Shown piece by piece: positions 23,951-37,331 of a DNA stretch of 64,000 bases. This DNA is from Felis catus (Eukaryota): positions 24,988,001 to 25,052,000 of the forward strand of contig NC_058368.1 of the NCBI RefSeq assembly GCF_018350175.1, given 5' to 3'. The notes under the pieces were generated by a model. That model had not been told where the DNA came from and did not search any database. It was given only the letters and a program-made list of their open reading frames with translations. Made by a program: the position numbers and the translations under genes. The stretch's first letter is position 1. Each line of letters starts with the position of its first letter.

Positions 23951-24513
23951 AAATCCTATATTGATAGATGTTCAGGTAGTTCACTCTTGTTTGTTTTTGA
24001 ACAGTGCTTCAGTGAATAACTGTGTCACTAAATAATATCTTTTTAAAATCTTTATTTTCTAAACTCTGTTGATATATGGAAATGATAATTGAGATTTGTA
24101 TATTAATCTTACATTGTTATGTTGCTGTATTTTCATAGTAGATCTAGTTAGATTCTCTTAAACATTTATGTCTGGGAACACACAGATTTGGCTTTTCTGA
24201 TTATGTACTATCAATAACCTGCTGAGAATCTTTTTCAGTAAAATATGGGATATGAGTGGTATAACAGGCTTCTTTGCTCTGTTTCAGATTTTAAAGTATT
24301 ACTGTTGGCATTTCACTCTTAAGCATGGTGTTTGAAGATTTTTAGCAGATGTTTTTTACTGTGTTAAGGATGTCTGCTAATTTTCCCAACTTAGCTAACA
24401 GCTTCTATCATGACCATTTTTTCTGGATCTTGAGAAGGTCATAGTTGGTCCCTTTAACTTTTTTACTTACGTTTTATATATTTTTAAAAATTTCTAACTA
24501 TTCTGGCATTTCT

Positions 24514-24721
24514 TTTCTTTTTAATGTTTATTTTGAGAGCGAGCACACCACGTGCATGGGGGAAGGGCAGAGAGCTAGAGAGAGAGAGAATCCCAAGCAG
24601 GCTCTGTGCTGTCAGCACAGAGCCCGATGTGGGACTCAGTCTCATGAACTGAACTATGAGATCATGACCTTAGCTGAAATCAAGAGTCAGATGTTCAACC
24701 GGCTGAACCACTCAGGTGCCC
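24514..24721 (-). mobile_element. Can-SINE (antisense, older)
   Basis: Reverse-complement SINE. TSD CTAT(T/C)CTG(G/A)CATTTCT at 24498-24513 and 24722-24737. Confidence 0.93.
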
Positions 24722-24840
24722 CTATCCTGACATTTCTAAGATAAATGGAATTTTTTCATTTTTTTAAAGTTTTAGAATCAGTTTGTTAAAATTTAATGTT
24801 GAATTAAGTATCTGTGTTTTCAGCTGAGATTACATATAAT

Positions 24841-25012
24841 TAGTGGCATGTTGATAAATTCTGAACAATGAACTCTTCAGAAAAAGCCCTGGCTTTTAGC
24901 TTTTGCCAATTTCCATGCTATAAAATAGCAGATTTTGAGCTGCTAAGAGCAGAAGAGATGTGCACAATTGGCTCTTTCAAGCCAGCCTGAACCGCTTCTA
25001 GCATTACCACTG
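24841..25012. mobile_element. MER63-like hAT element
   Basis: AGTGG.ATG / CATTACCACTG termini and an internal TTTGCCAATTTCCATG..ATAAA motif. Confidence 0.6.
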
Positions 25013-26502
25013 CATAGTTCATTTTTTATGTTCTTGTTTGGTTTGGGAATCAAAGTTATACTAGACATATAAAATATGTTGGGAAGTGTTGCTTCTTTTT
25101 TTCCTCTAGAATAATTTACGTATGATTACTTATGTATTCTGTGACAGTTTAACGACAGTTGTCTGTTAAACCTGGTTTCCTATTTTTTTGATGGTTAGAG
25201 CTTTTACTACCAATTGAGTTTCTTACAAGAATTACAGATTTAGATTATTATAATAGTCATAGATTTGTTTTTTTTTTCTTAAAGCAGTATAGTAAGTTAT
25301 ATTTTTCTAAGAAATTTGTTTTCAAAATTTTGATACAAAGATGTTTCAGAACTCTTTTAAATCTCTATTATGACTATGTTTCCTTGTTTTTCTTGCTCAG
25401 TCTTGCCAAAGATATAGCTATTTTGATTGAGTCTTTTCAAAAAACTAATCTTTGGTTTGTATCTCTTTTGTATCCTTTGTATCTCTTTTGGTCTATTAAT
25501 TTCTACTCTTGGGTTTTCCTTTGTTATGAAATGTGTGATAATTGTATTAGTAACCATTCTAAACACTATTTCTGAGTTTTAATACGATTTCTTCTTTGAC
25601 TCATGAGTTACGTAGAAAAGGGATTTAAAATTTTTAATCATACTTTTTAAAATAAATCCCCTTCCCTAATTTTAATTGTTGTCAGAAAAGACTTTGAAGT
25701 CAGCTCTTTGGGATTTGTATTTGTTAAGACTTAGCTGTGGCTCAGAAATTTTTATAAATGTTCTGCGTGTGCTTTTAATTGTTGGACGCAAAGGGTGTCT
25801 CTGAGATCAGGCTTGTTAACCATGCTTTCAAATCTACACGGACTTAGTTTTAGTCTGCCTTTTCTAACATTACAAAGAAGTGAGTTGAATCTTCCACTGT
25901 CATTGTGAATTTGTCGATTTTGTGTGATTTGATCAGTTTTTGCTTTGAATATTTGAAGCCTTCACTGTTAGGTACTCATAAGGCACATTATTCCTTTCAT
26001 CATTGTAGAATGACCCTCTTTATCCCTAATAGTGCTTTTTGTCTTGAACGTTATTTTACTAACATTTCTTTTGGTTAGTATTTGATGAGTATCTTTTTTC
26101 ATCCTTTCAACCTTACTGTATCTTTTTGTTTTAAATGTGACTCTAAACAGCATAGGTTAGACATATGTCGAATCTTCTTATTGTATCATCTTCGATTCTT
26201 AACTTTCATCTCTTTCTCTCTCTTTTGTTTCCTGGGTTGTATCCTCAGATGTAATCTTTTTTTTTTTTTTTTTTTTTTTTTTACTAATTATCTCTTAGCT
26301 GCATCTAAGCTATCATTTAACTTATTTTTTCCTAGATGTTATGTGGGGCTCATCTCTATTCTTTAAAAATTGTTTTCAGTTTCTTCTTTGTGGTCTTTAA
26401 TTATTAAAGCATTCTATACGTATATTTTTATTATTAAAATACATTGCTAATAGTATTTAGAATTATTCTGTAATTCTTTTAAGGGCTCAAAGCCTATTAT
26501 TA

Positions 26503-26504
<2 letters not shown>

Positions 26505-26538
<34 letters not shown>
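26505..26538. repeat. (GT)17 microsatellite
   Basis: Read directly from the sequence. Confidence 0.97.
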
Positions 26539-26540
<2 letters not shown>

Positions 26541-26549
26541 CTGTATGTA

Positions 26550-27740
26550 TTTTTTAAAAACCACTTTGAGATAGGATTGACGTACAAAAAACTGCACATA
26601 TTTAATGTATACAACTTGAGCTTGGGGATACGTATATAATCACGAAACCTTCACTACAGTCTATGGCATAAACATATCCATCACCTGCAGAAGTTTCCTC
26701 AGGTTCTCTGTTATTTTGTATGTATGTGATGAGAACATTTAACATAAGATCTACCCTCTTACCAAATTTTTGAGTTTCCAACACAGTATTATAACTGTGG
26801 GCAGGCATTATGCTATAGTGTAGATCTCTAGGACTTACTCATCTTATACAACTGAAACTTTGTACCCTTGACTAATATCTTTGTGTTTCCTTCTATGTCC
26901 AGCCCTGTCAGTTAGCATTCTACTAAGAGTTTGACTGTTTTAGATTCCACATATGAGTGGTATCACACACATAGTGTTTGTCGTTCTGTGGGTGACTTAT
27001 CTCAGCGTAACGTCCTCCAGGTTCATATGTTATCTCACATGGCAAGATTTCCTTTTTTTTTTTTTTTTCCTTTTCTTTTCCTTTTTTTATTCCTTTTTTT
27101 TTAAGGCTGAATAATATTCCATTATATGCATATGCCACATTTTTTTTATCCATTTGTCAGGGGACATTTCAGTTGCTTCCATGTCTTGACTATTACGAAT
27201 AGTGCTATAGTGAATATGGGAGTGCAGATACCTCTTCCAGTTCCTGATTTCAATTCCATTGGGTATATATATATACCCAGGAATGGGATTACTGGGTCAT
27301 ACGGTGGTTCTATTTTTAATTTTTTTGTGGACCCTCCATACCGTTTTCCAGTAGTGGCTGTGTAGCCTTGCATTACCGTTACCACAGTCAAGATACTCAA
27401 CTGTGTATCACAGGACTCCCTGTATGACCCCTTTATAGCCACACTTGACTCCTCTCTTTCGTCCCTGGCCCCTGGCAGCCACTAATGTGTCCTCCATTTT
27501 ACAATTTTTATTTCACAAATATTGCATAATGGAATCAGGCCATATGTATCCTTTTCACTCTGCATAATTTCCTTGAGTTTCATCCAAGTTGTTACACGTG
27601 TCAGTAGTTGGTCCTTGTAGTATTCCATGGTCTGGATGTACCATAGTTTAACCATTCACCATTGAAAGACATCTGGGTACTTTCTAGGTCTGGGCTTTTA
27701 CAAATAAAGCTACTATGAACATTCATTTCCCACATTTTTT
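26550..27740 (-). mobile_element. L1 3'-end fragments (L1MA/L1MC-like)
   Basis: ORF2 C-terminal remnant KLKIEPPYDPVIPFLGIY...ICTPIFTIALF...KTWKQLKCP. Confidence 0.85.
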
Positions 27741-28218
27741 AATGAAAATTTTTAGGCACCACTTAATGTTAACAAAGTACTTTGGTTCTGTATTGGAATG
27801 TTTTTGCTACAAATTGTAATCAAAGCAATAATATACATCTACTTTTCATTATTTTCATGATATTTCTGTGAATTAGATGTGAATGGATAGCTTTTATTTT
27901 TTGTGGGGGGAGGAGGATTTGGGTTAATTGAAATGAGTCTTCTTGCTTTATGATTCCATTATGACTTTTTTAATAGATAGTAAAAACTGGGACCTAGCTT
28001 ACCCGAGCCCATCATTAGACCATTTGGGTGTTATGATCCAACGTTTAATATTCTTTTCAACAATGATTACCATACTTTGAAACACCAAAAAGAAAAACAG
28101 CAACAACCCCAACACACCTTAACTTGTATGTCTTATTTGGGAAAAAAGATTGTGACTGATATAACTTGTTGAATAAAGTGTATGTGTTTAAACATTTGTG
28201 TGAATATCCTTTGTTTAG

Positions 28219-28410
28219 GAAGTCGAGGCACAAGAGGTTCTCAAATTGATAGTCACAGTAGTAGTAGCAACTATCATGACAGCTGGGAAACTCGAAGTAG
28301 CTATCCTGAAAGAGACAGATATCCTGAAAGAGACAACAGAGATCAAGCAAGGGATTCTTCGTTTGAGAGAAGACATGGAGAGAGAGACCGTCGTGACAAC
28401 AGAGAGAGAG
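28219..28410 (+). CDS. ZC3H13: ZC3H13 coding exon (192 nt, phase 1-1): GSRGTRGSQIDSH...RRDNRER
   Basis: Acceptor CCTTTGTTTAG|GA, donor AGAG|GTTTGT, in frame. Confidence 0.95.
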
Positions 28411-30039
28411 GTTTGTCAGATGGCGTATTATTAAATAATGGCCACCAGTGGTTGGGAGAATCGTTTTTGAAAAACCGTCATCCGTTTACTTTTTTAATGT
28501 ATCTTTTAAGACTTCTGCTTGTTGACACATTTGAAACTATTATCTTCACTCATATGATCTTCTTGTTTATTTGAGAGTATGTAAGTGGTTAGCCACCAGA
28601 GTACCTGTTTGGCAGCAGAGTGGGTACTGAGGTGCAGTAAGCGCTGGCACACTGCAAGAACTGAGGCTCCCTGCTGAATGTCTCTCGCCTTAACCTAATG
28701 GCTTATACCCCTTCGAAGAATGTAGATGCTTGGGTGCCAGTCTAGGCGTTTCTGACTTAGGAGCTACTTAAACTTTGTCACCCCGGTATCCTGGCCACTC
28801 ACTCGTTAGTTGTAATAATAAAGTCTTAGAGGGCTGTCAAAAGAACAGGGCGGGGAAAAGATGATGATAGGGCTGGGGGTTGTTCGAAGAAACATTTTTT
28901 GCATGTTCCTTCTTGAGAACCTGTAATACTTGGCTTTGGCTAATTTTATGTTCTCGTATATCTTAAGCTAAAAATTCTGGCGTATCTTAAGCTAAAACTT
29001 AAGCTTAAAAATCTTGTATATCTGTATCAGATTCTACTCTATTAGATTTACTCTCTTAAATCAGTTTTGCAACAAGATTACCAGAAGTCATTTAGGAAGG
29101 GTTATAAGGACTTTCTCTAACAAGCTTTTATTGTCCGTATATATTAGGGCGTTTTAAACTCTAAGATCTTATGAAGGTCTTGCTAACTTTGGCTGGTTAC
29201 TAAAGTAAGGTTTGCTATAATGCTGAGATTAATACAGTACAAAACTTGAAGGGGTAGGAAATTGAATAATGATGCTTCATAGTGGACTTAATCGCAAAGG
29301 TAATAGTGTGTGTTGATATGGGCAGTGATGAGAGAACGAAGTCACTAAGACACCAGGTACTTTGGGAGTATGGATGAGATCGGACTTGGTTGATTTGAGT
29401 TTGTTAGGGTAAGCCTAATGCATTTGGGTTAAAAGATGTGTAGGGCTTCCTTAGTTACAGATGAGGCTGGAGTTGATATGTTGTGTGTTGATACCTGAAA
29501 TTCTATCTTCCCTAATGCTGATTCACCTCTGTTTAATCTAACGCTGTGTCCTTGTAATGCTGTGCTTTTTTAATATCTCTTCTCCCCGCCCCCCCCCCCC
29601 CCCCCAGTTTGATATCCGAGCTCAGGGTTTTTTCATCTTATTCCTGAATTCAGTAGTACAATTTGGTTTCAATCTTAGCTTTATTTCTCAACCATCCATG
29701 TATTGAGTTTCCAGGAATTTTGATAGTTGCTTTATATATATGTGCCCCGACTTAATATCTTTTACAATATTAAGTCAGAGAATATATATGAAATATTCTT
29801 TACAATCCTTTTATCTTTATAATATTCCTGTGAGTGGAGATATGATAAGAGAATTCATGTTTCATAACTTAGGGGATTTGGGCTAAGAGAAGGATAGTGA
29901 TTTTCCATTATTACAGAGACGTAAGTTTTCCAGCTGTAATTCAAACTCGTATCTTCTGATTGCAAGTCCTGTTCTCTTTCTGTTTTACTTTACTGTAACT
30001 ACTTCAGTAAATACCAGTTGTATGATTAAAATAGCACTG

Positions 30040-31250
30040 TATTTTTGAGGTTACTGACATATTCTACCATGTTTTTTGAGAGCTCATGCACTTCTGCTAG
30101 GGTCCTTCAAGTAAAGTAGTTCTTGTCCTTGTAGAACTTCACGGGAGGGAAGATACCACCCCTGTTCCTCCAAAAGAGAAATGACTATTGAGTGCAATCA
30201 AGGAAACAAAGAAGGGGCCTAGATAGAAATAAAGGATAAGAGAGGGACCTACTTCAGATGGTTTATGAAAAATTTGAGTTGACATTTATGCAGATGCATA
30301 AATGCAAGAGAAGCTAGCATTGCAGAGATTGAGGGTAAAAACATTCCGTGCAGCGGGAAGAGTATGTGCCAGTTCCCCAAGAGGGAAAATATCTTAATAT
30401 GTCCTAGAGTTTGAAAGAAGACCAATGTGACCCGGGTATGATGAGCAGTAGGGAGAGTGATAGACGTTGAGGGTGGAGATGTGCCCAGGCACCTTGTTCT
30501 GTGCTCAGGAGTTTCCGTCTTCCCTTTAGTTCTTCATGGGCTGATTAGGGCACAAATAGGCAATTGAAGGGGGATGAATGCTGCCACTATATGAAGTTCT
30601 GTGAGACAACAAAGCAGCACAGAGAGTTGTGAGGAAATCCAGAAAGCTCCCTAAAGAGTTTGCTAGAAGGAACAGTGGAAGAAACACTTTGCAGGGAGAG
30701 GGTATAGTATGTGCAAACACGTAGGACTAAAAGAAACGTATGCTTTTGGAGCAGTAATGAATTCTGATGTTGGAGTAGAGGTATAAGCCATAATTGGTAG
30801 GGAAGGAAGGAAGCTAGTAGAAAGGATTGGTGAGAGACAATGGGCCAAGTTCTACATAGCCTAATAAATCAGTCTAAAATTTTTGATTTAATTGCTTTTC
30901 ACTGCCTACAAGACCACTTTTTTTAAGCAGTTGGAAAAAAGAGTTTTCATGAAAAAAGTATAAGCGAGTCTGGGGAAGGATACCAACCAGTTAGACATGT
31001 AACAGGTGATCAGAGTTTGTGTTAATAAAATTAACTGTAGGGATGGAGAGAGGAAAGGGAATAAAGAAATATTTTGAGAGTGAAATTGATAGGACTTAGA
31101 TAACTCAGAGATGCCAGGTTTCATGAATGGGTATGTCATTCATTAAGATAAATACATGAAGAGAATCACATCTTCGGTGAACACATTTTGGGGAAAAGAT
31201 AGGAAAAATAATTTAGATACATTAAAGTGGTGTTCTTGTATCCTTTTCAT
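30040..31250 (-). mobile_element. L2 fragments (antisense)
   Basis: Purine-rich L2-like motifs (ACATTCC..GCAG.GGGAAGAG.ATGTGC; CACTTTGCAGGGAGAGGG..AGTATGTGCAAA). Confidence 0.6.
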
Positions 31251-32112
31251 TTTCTTTGAAGTAAGGGACATTGTCATTTTGGTTGGGGAAAACAGTTTTT
31301 ATCTGTCAGAGAAGAGTGCATAAAACTGTCTGTTCTCTGACATTGGTATAATCGGAAATTTCAAGTATGAATTACTCCAAGTTGCAGTATTGAATTTCAG
31401 GTTGTTTTGTAATCGTTGTGACATTAGTATGACCCCTAAACCAGGAACTCAAATGGTCGAAGACCATAAATATGTGGCATTTGGGGAATCAAGGGTGCAC
31501 AGTAGAACCATTTTAAGTTGGTTTCAGCAGAAGTGAAAAAGGGTTTAAGAGAACTGCCTTATAGTCCTGATGTCCTGATAAATCTGCCATCTCTATGACT
31601 TTGGCTAGTCAACTTCTGGACCATAATTTCTGTGTTTTTAAGAAGGAAAGGGCTGGAGAAGGTTTGGTTTTGTTTCAGCTTTAAAATTCTATGAACTTCT
31701 GTATTGATCTGTTACCTCTAAAGAGCAAATGTCCATAATTCTTGTCTTTTTTGTCTGTGATAAGACAGGATATTCAAATTACTACATTGAACCTTTCCCT
31801 GGAAATATCCTAAAGTTATTCTGCTTAATAAGTTGATGCTAGATATTCCACTTGCAAACCTGTTGACCATACTGCAGTATGACCTTTATGACTAACCCAT
31901 AAACATTATTACATAATATGAAAATAGAAACATCACAGTACCCTAGACTGTGCCACAATAAACTACTTCCAAAATTGCTAGCTCTGTGGAAAAGTTAACA
32001 CCATTTTCTTATACATTTTTTGATCCCAGACTAATTTCCTGCTCAACTGGGCATTTGGGCAGCATGTATTCATTTTCTCTGTGTTTATATGATTTATGTA
32101 CTGGAAAAAAAA

Positions 32113-32174
32113 ATATACATATATATACACACACATTTATATGTGTGTGTGTGTATATATGTTTATATATATAT

Positions 32175-32217
<43 letters not shown>
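32113..32217. repeat. Compound (AT)/(AC)/(GT) plus (ATAG)~10 microsatellite
   Basis: Read directly from the sequence. Confidence 0.95.
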
Positions 32218-32219
<2 letters not shown>

Positions 32220-32965
32220 GTGATGAGATTATCAGTTAACATTTTTAAGAAAACAGCTCTTCATCTGAGTGGTCAGTTATATGATTGAATAAAACTTCTA
32301 ACCTAGTATAAATATATATCGCTAATACGAAACACTTTATATTTGACTACTTCAAGATTGCTAAGCATCAGTACCCTTAATATTCTAGTTTATGATAAAT
32401 TGATATTGCAGCAACAATTATTGACAGATGTTTTGTTCTACTATATTTTCCTCACATAATAGCTGCACTTTGATGTGTATATATTTTAGCCTGAAATTAG
32501 AGGTGTGACTTACGAGGGAAATTTTTTTTTTCCTTCAGCTCCTATGTTCTACACCTCCTGCTGCCCCTATCCTTTGCCACCAGTGTTCTCAGGTCCTGCT
32601 GGGGGGACAGAGAAGATCAGAGGTGAAGGGTAGAGATGGCAGAAAGTGGGGTTGGAGCAGTGGGCTGGAGGTAGGGTAGGGAGCATGCAGAGAAAGATCA
32701 AAGGTGGATCAGCGGGTGGTGGGAGGGGGGTTGTTGGGGAGCAGAAAACATGTTAGTTAGAGGGCAAATAAAACTTACCTCTAAGAAAAAAATTTGTAAA
32801 CATCTAGGGGTGATTTTTTGGATGATTAATTTAAAAGTAAATGTAATAACCTGATTTGTTGCCAGCGTGACCCTATACACAGATAAAATTTAAAATTTGC
32901 CGTGCTGTCTTACCAATAGGTTATCTGTCAAGTTAATCACTGACAAAACTTGATTTTCATTGTAG

Positions 32966-33527
32966 ATCAAAGACCAAGCTCACCAATTCGACATCAGGGA
33001 AGGAATGACGAGCTTGAGCGTGATGAAAGAAGAGAGGAACGAAGAGTAGACAGAGTGGAGGATAGAAGAGACGAAAGGGCTAGAGAAAGAGACCGGGAGC
33101 GAGAGCGAGACCGAGAGCGCGAGAGGGAGAGGGAGCGTGAGCGGGATCGGGAAAGAGAGAAGGAGAGAGAACTAGAGAGAGAGCGTGCCAGAGAGCGGGA
33201 GAGAGAAAGAGAAAGAGAAAAGGAGAGGGACCGCGAAAGAGAGCGAGATCGTGACCATGATCGAGAGAGGGAGAGAGAGAGGGAACGAGATAGGGAAAAA
33301 GAGCGGGAGCGAGAAAGAGAAGAGCGGGAGAGAGAGCGAGAGCGAGAACGGGAGAGGGAGAGAGAGCGAGAGCGGGAACGAGAGAGAGCGAGGGAAAGAG
33401 ATAAAGAACGAGAGCGTCAGAGGGATTGGGAAGACAAAGACAAAGGACGAGAGGACCGCAGAGAAAAGCGGGAAGATACCCGAGAAGACCGGAATCCCAG
33501 AGATGGACACGATGAGAGAAAGTCCAA
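32966..33527 (+). CDS. ZC3H13: ZC3H13 coding exon (562 nt, phase 1 to 2), RE/RD dipeptide repeat region
   Basis: Acceptor TTTTCATTGTAG|AT, donor CCAA|GTAAGA. Encodes DQRPSSPIRHQG...(ER)n...HDERKSK. Confidence 0.96.
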
Positions 33528-34081
33528 GTAAGAATGGGAATGGATCTGGTTTTTAAAGTTACATTTCAGTAGAGTTCAAAACATCTCATTGTCATGAAAT
33601 TTTCATTGTAATTCTTTGCCCTCTCAACATTTTCCTGGATTTCAACTTTATTAATACATACTTGGTGTTTAAAGTCTTTTGAATTGTCCAGGAAGAAAAA
33701 CACTTTCTCATTCTACTATTTCTGTAGCCATGGATATAATTAATCACTCTTGTTTTCTGTGCCATTTTTGATGGCATATTGGCTTGTTCGAATGCAACCT
33801 AAAAGTGATAAAATCAGTGAACCTATCTCTCATCAAACCCACTTAAAACGAGTTAATGGAGTTGGCAAGTCACCAAAAAATAGTGACTGTGCCATTGCTG
33901 ATAATCCTTCGTGAGTTTTAGGTACTTATAACTCTGGAGTCACTACCTCCAGTGACAGAAGCATTCACAGGGTCTTAAAACTGAAGGAAGTCCTGCAACC
34001 ACTGAAGAGAGATACAGACTTGACCTATCTTGAGCTGTGGAGTTATAGTAGATTATTGGGATCAAAAGATGTGTTCTCATA

Positions 34082-34268
34082 GGGGCTCCTGGATTGACTC
34101 AGTCGGTTAGGCAGCCGACTTTGGCTCAGGTCATGATCTCATGGTTCGTGGGTTCGAGCCCCACGTCGGGCTCTGTGCTGACAGCCTGGAGCCTGCTTCG
34201 GAGTCTCTGTGACAGAGACTCTGTCTCTGTCTCTCAAAAAATAAATTAATTAATTAAAAAAAAAAAAA
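34082..34268 (+). mobile_element. Can-SINE with internal rearrangement
   Basis: SINE head and tail. TSD AAAAGATGTGTTC at 34064-34076 and 34269-34281. Confidence 0.93.
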
Positions 34269-35481
34269 AAAAGATGTGTTCCTATCTTCTCATGTATCTG
34301 AGGACAGTTTCTCTTTTTTTCTTTTTCTCCCCTCCCCTCTGCCCCCTCCCCCCAAAAAAAGGATTGCTCAGATATCTAGGAAGTCCATGGTTAGAGTTCA
34401 TTTGTTCTGATGTGACTATGTTCAGACTTTGAAACAATGTATCAGGAATCCTGTCTGTCCATTTCTCCACTGTTTTCTTCTGTGTGAGTTCTAGTCTCGG
34501 AAAGGTTTTCTCCAGATGGTGGCTAAGATGGCCTGAGTGTATGCCTGTCAGCTTCACAGCCCTCTATGTATGTTGGGACTCTCATCAGTTGAGGAATAGA
34601 CAAAGGGAGCTAAATCACTGTAGCCATGAGAATTTTGGACTCTGATTGGTCAGTTTTGAGGTTTCATGGACATAAAACCAAGCTTATTGGAGTTAACTGC
34701 CTTTTTTTTTTTTCCTTTTTAATACCAGCTGGGATAAAGGGTATGGTTAAGTTTGCTAAAACAAACTGGAAATAATTTATATATTCAGTTCCATTGCTTC
34801 TGCTTCTAGCTCATGTGAATTATGGTGAATACAGCTCCCTGCTTTCGGCTGTTTTTCATCATTGCTGTTGTAGATTATGACTGTGGACAAAGAACAAAGC
34901 ACAGAAGTGGAGGCTGCATCTATTAGGTCTTGGCTTCCCTTCAATCTGCAGCCAGGGTTTTCTGTAGTTCACATCCACTGGCTTCCCTTTCCCCATTAAT
35001 AAATAATCTTACATTAACATAAAATTCAGATACTGTTTTTAACACATGTAGGCATAAATACATATTTCTCTGACCTCCTTAAAGTCTCTAAGATGAAAAT
35101 TGTGAAATCTGTTATTTATCTATTACGCAGTCCTGTGCTTTGATTTCGTTTTTCCATGCTTCTGATCTCTGCTTACAGTAGCAAAACGTTCTTCTGGTTT
35201 TTCATGGTTGGACAATCCAAACGTTGCAAGGACCCCACAAACTTAGGAGTCAAACAGCTCTATAACGATAGCTGTATGAGATTAATGTCTTGATGTTTTT
35301 ATCAATTGTATTGTCATCTCAGTAGTTGAATTTACCCAAAACTTTTTTTTAACCCCTATTATGCAGGTTTTGTTTGCTGACTTGCCATACTATTTATTTT
35401 ACTCTTAATTTTATTTCTATAGATACTTCCTAGAAATTAAAGTGTTTTTTTTGTACATTTTAATTATTGGCTTTATTTCGA

Positions 35482-35992
35482 TATACCAGTTACCTCTTGC
35501 TATGCGTCAAACCACACATAAAGTTAGTAGTTTAAAACAAGAGGCAGTCATCTCATTCTGTGGATTAGCACTTTGGGCTGGGCTCAGCAGAGCAGTTCTG
35601 CTGATCTTGCCTGGGGTCACTCATGTTTCTGAGGTGGGTCTGGCAGTTCACCTGTGTCTGGATGACCCAAACTGGCCTCACTCTTCATGCCTGGCATTTA
35701 GTGCTGGCTGCTGTTTAGGGCATCTCATTTCTCCTCCACACGACCTTTCATTCTCCAATAGTCTAAACTCTCCATATAATGATAGAAACATGCCAAGAGG
35801 TGAAAAGCAGAAGCTGCAATGCATCTTGAGTCCTGATTTTCCAAACTTACACTCTGTCACTTTCACCACATCCTCTTGTCATAGCAAGTCTGTGGGCCAG
35901 CCCAGATTCAAAGAATGGGAGAATAGATGGCCTAATGATAGCAGGAGCTTTGGATAGGGAACTGTACGAACTTGAGCCTGTAAGTTGTCACA
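35482..35992. mobile_element. MLT1H-like solo LTR relic
   Basis: MLT1 motifs (TTAGTAGTTTAAAACAA; GGGCTGGGCTCAGC; GGCCAGCCCAGATTCAA). Confidence 0.75.
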
Positions 35993-36394
35993 CTAATCTC
36001 TTTTTTTTCCGAAACCCTGGTTACTCATTTATGTAAATGAGCCGTGAGGGAGATATGTGTGCTGCAGTATGTTTCATAACTTTTGACCACAGTATTTATA
36101 AACAGTGGTTTTAAAAAAAAAAGGTAGTCAAAATTTAATGACAATACAGGAAAACACTAGAATAATTTAAGTACCAGAGGTATAAATCACTAGTCATTTA
36201 ATGTTTAACTTAAAGAATAAGAAATATAGTGAACATTTTAATTATTTTATTAATTTGCCACCAAGCAAGTGATTTAGTTTTAAGAAAAGGGAAGGAACCA
36301 ATTTTTACAGTGTACTCACAACATAACTAGCACTAGGCTTATGATAAAACTAATTTATTCCTAAGTGCAATTTTACAAGATGGACCCTGGTTTT

Positions 36395-36520
36395 TTCCCA
36401 CCATTTTCAGATGAGAAAGCTAAGGTTCAGTGATTTCAAGGAACTTCCTAAGGTTACCTAATAGGTAACATGGCTGTAAGTTGCATTCATATCTTTTTGA
36501 CTCCAAAGCAGATACTGATT
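36395..36520 (-). mobile_element. MIR fragment
   Basis: CCATTTTCAGATGAGAAAGCTAAGGTTCAG...CTTCCTAAGGTTAC...TGACTCCAAAGC. Confidence 0.7.
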
Positions 36521-36887
36521 TTCTCATTTGGCTTCCCAGCATAAAGTATTTCTTTATCATAAAAGATAAAATTAACGAGTAAGTTTTAGTAGACGGTACA
36601 TTAATTCCTCTCATGTATGTTACCACCATGCAATTATTAAATCTGGCGATTTGATGAAGAAAGACCTGTTGTCCTGTGTTTTGAATCACAATTGTATGTC
36701 TTAACAAACGAAGTGAAGAATTTTATTCAAGATGCGTGCTGAACACCTTTTATATGATATAGCTCTCACAGTATTGCTCTCTTACAATTATATTTTGTAG
36801 TTACAGTAAAGAAATAATACCGAAAACTAGTAAAGAAATCTCTTTTTCATCCCCTGGAGTTTTATAAACTATGTTTGTCCTATTTAG

Positions 36888-36991
36888 GAAGCGCTATAGA
36901 AATGAAGGGAGTCCTAGCCCTCGTCAGTCACCTAAGCGCCGGCGAGAACATTCTCCCGACAGTGACACCTACAACAGTGGAGATGATAAAA
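36888..36991 (+). CDS. ZC3H13: ZC3H13 coding exon (104 nt, phase 2 to 1): KRYRNEGSPSPRQSPKRRREHSPDSDTYNSGDDK
   Basis: Acceptor CCTATTTAG|G, donor AAAA|GTAAGC, phases match both neighbours. Confidence 0.96.
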
Positions 36992-37331
36992 GTAAGCAGA
37001 ATCTGTTTTCTGTGTTTCTGTATCCACATTCCTTTGTAACCATGAGACCATTCTTTGGCATTAACAGGAAATGATGAAGTGAGATTTAAAATTTTTCTTG
37101 CTCTGCTGCCTCTGAATATCTCATGTGACTAAAGTATATGTTAGGAATACAGTTACTTTATCGTAGGGGCACGGTCATCTCCTGTTGGTAGTAAGTCCAT
37201 ATTTTTAGTGAAATTATTGCCATTTTTAAAGTTTTAAAATGAAAAGTGAGAGGCTGGGCTATTATTATTTCTGTGTAAATGCAACGTTGTTTACCTGGTG
37301 AAAGTGTGATTGCTTTCATCTTTTTGTATAG

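Larger units (their letters stand above)
24030..26450 (-). mobile_element. Highly decayed old L1 (L1ME-like) fragments, interrupted by a SINE and MER63
   Basis: Minus-strand endonuclease-like remnant ITFKTKSTIRDKEGHSTMMKG at 25968-26153. Confidence 0.6.

Noticed and set aside
33172..33556. Alternate-frame and antisense ORFs over the ER repeat
   Set aside because: A (GA)-rich low-complexity tract lacks stop codons in other frames.
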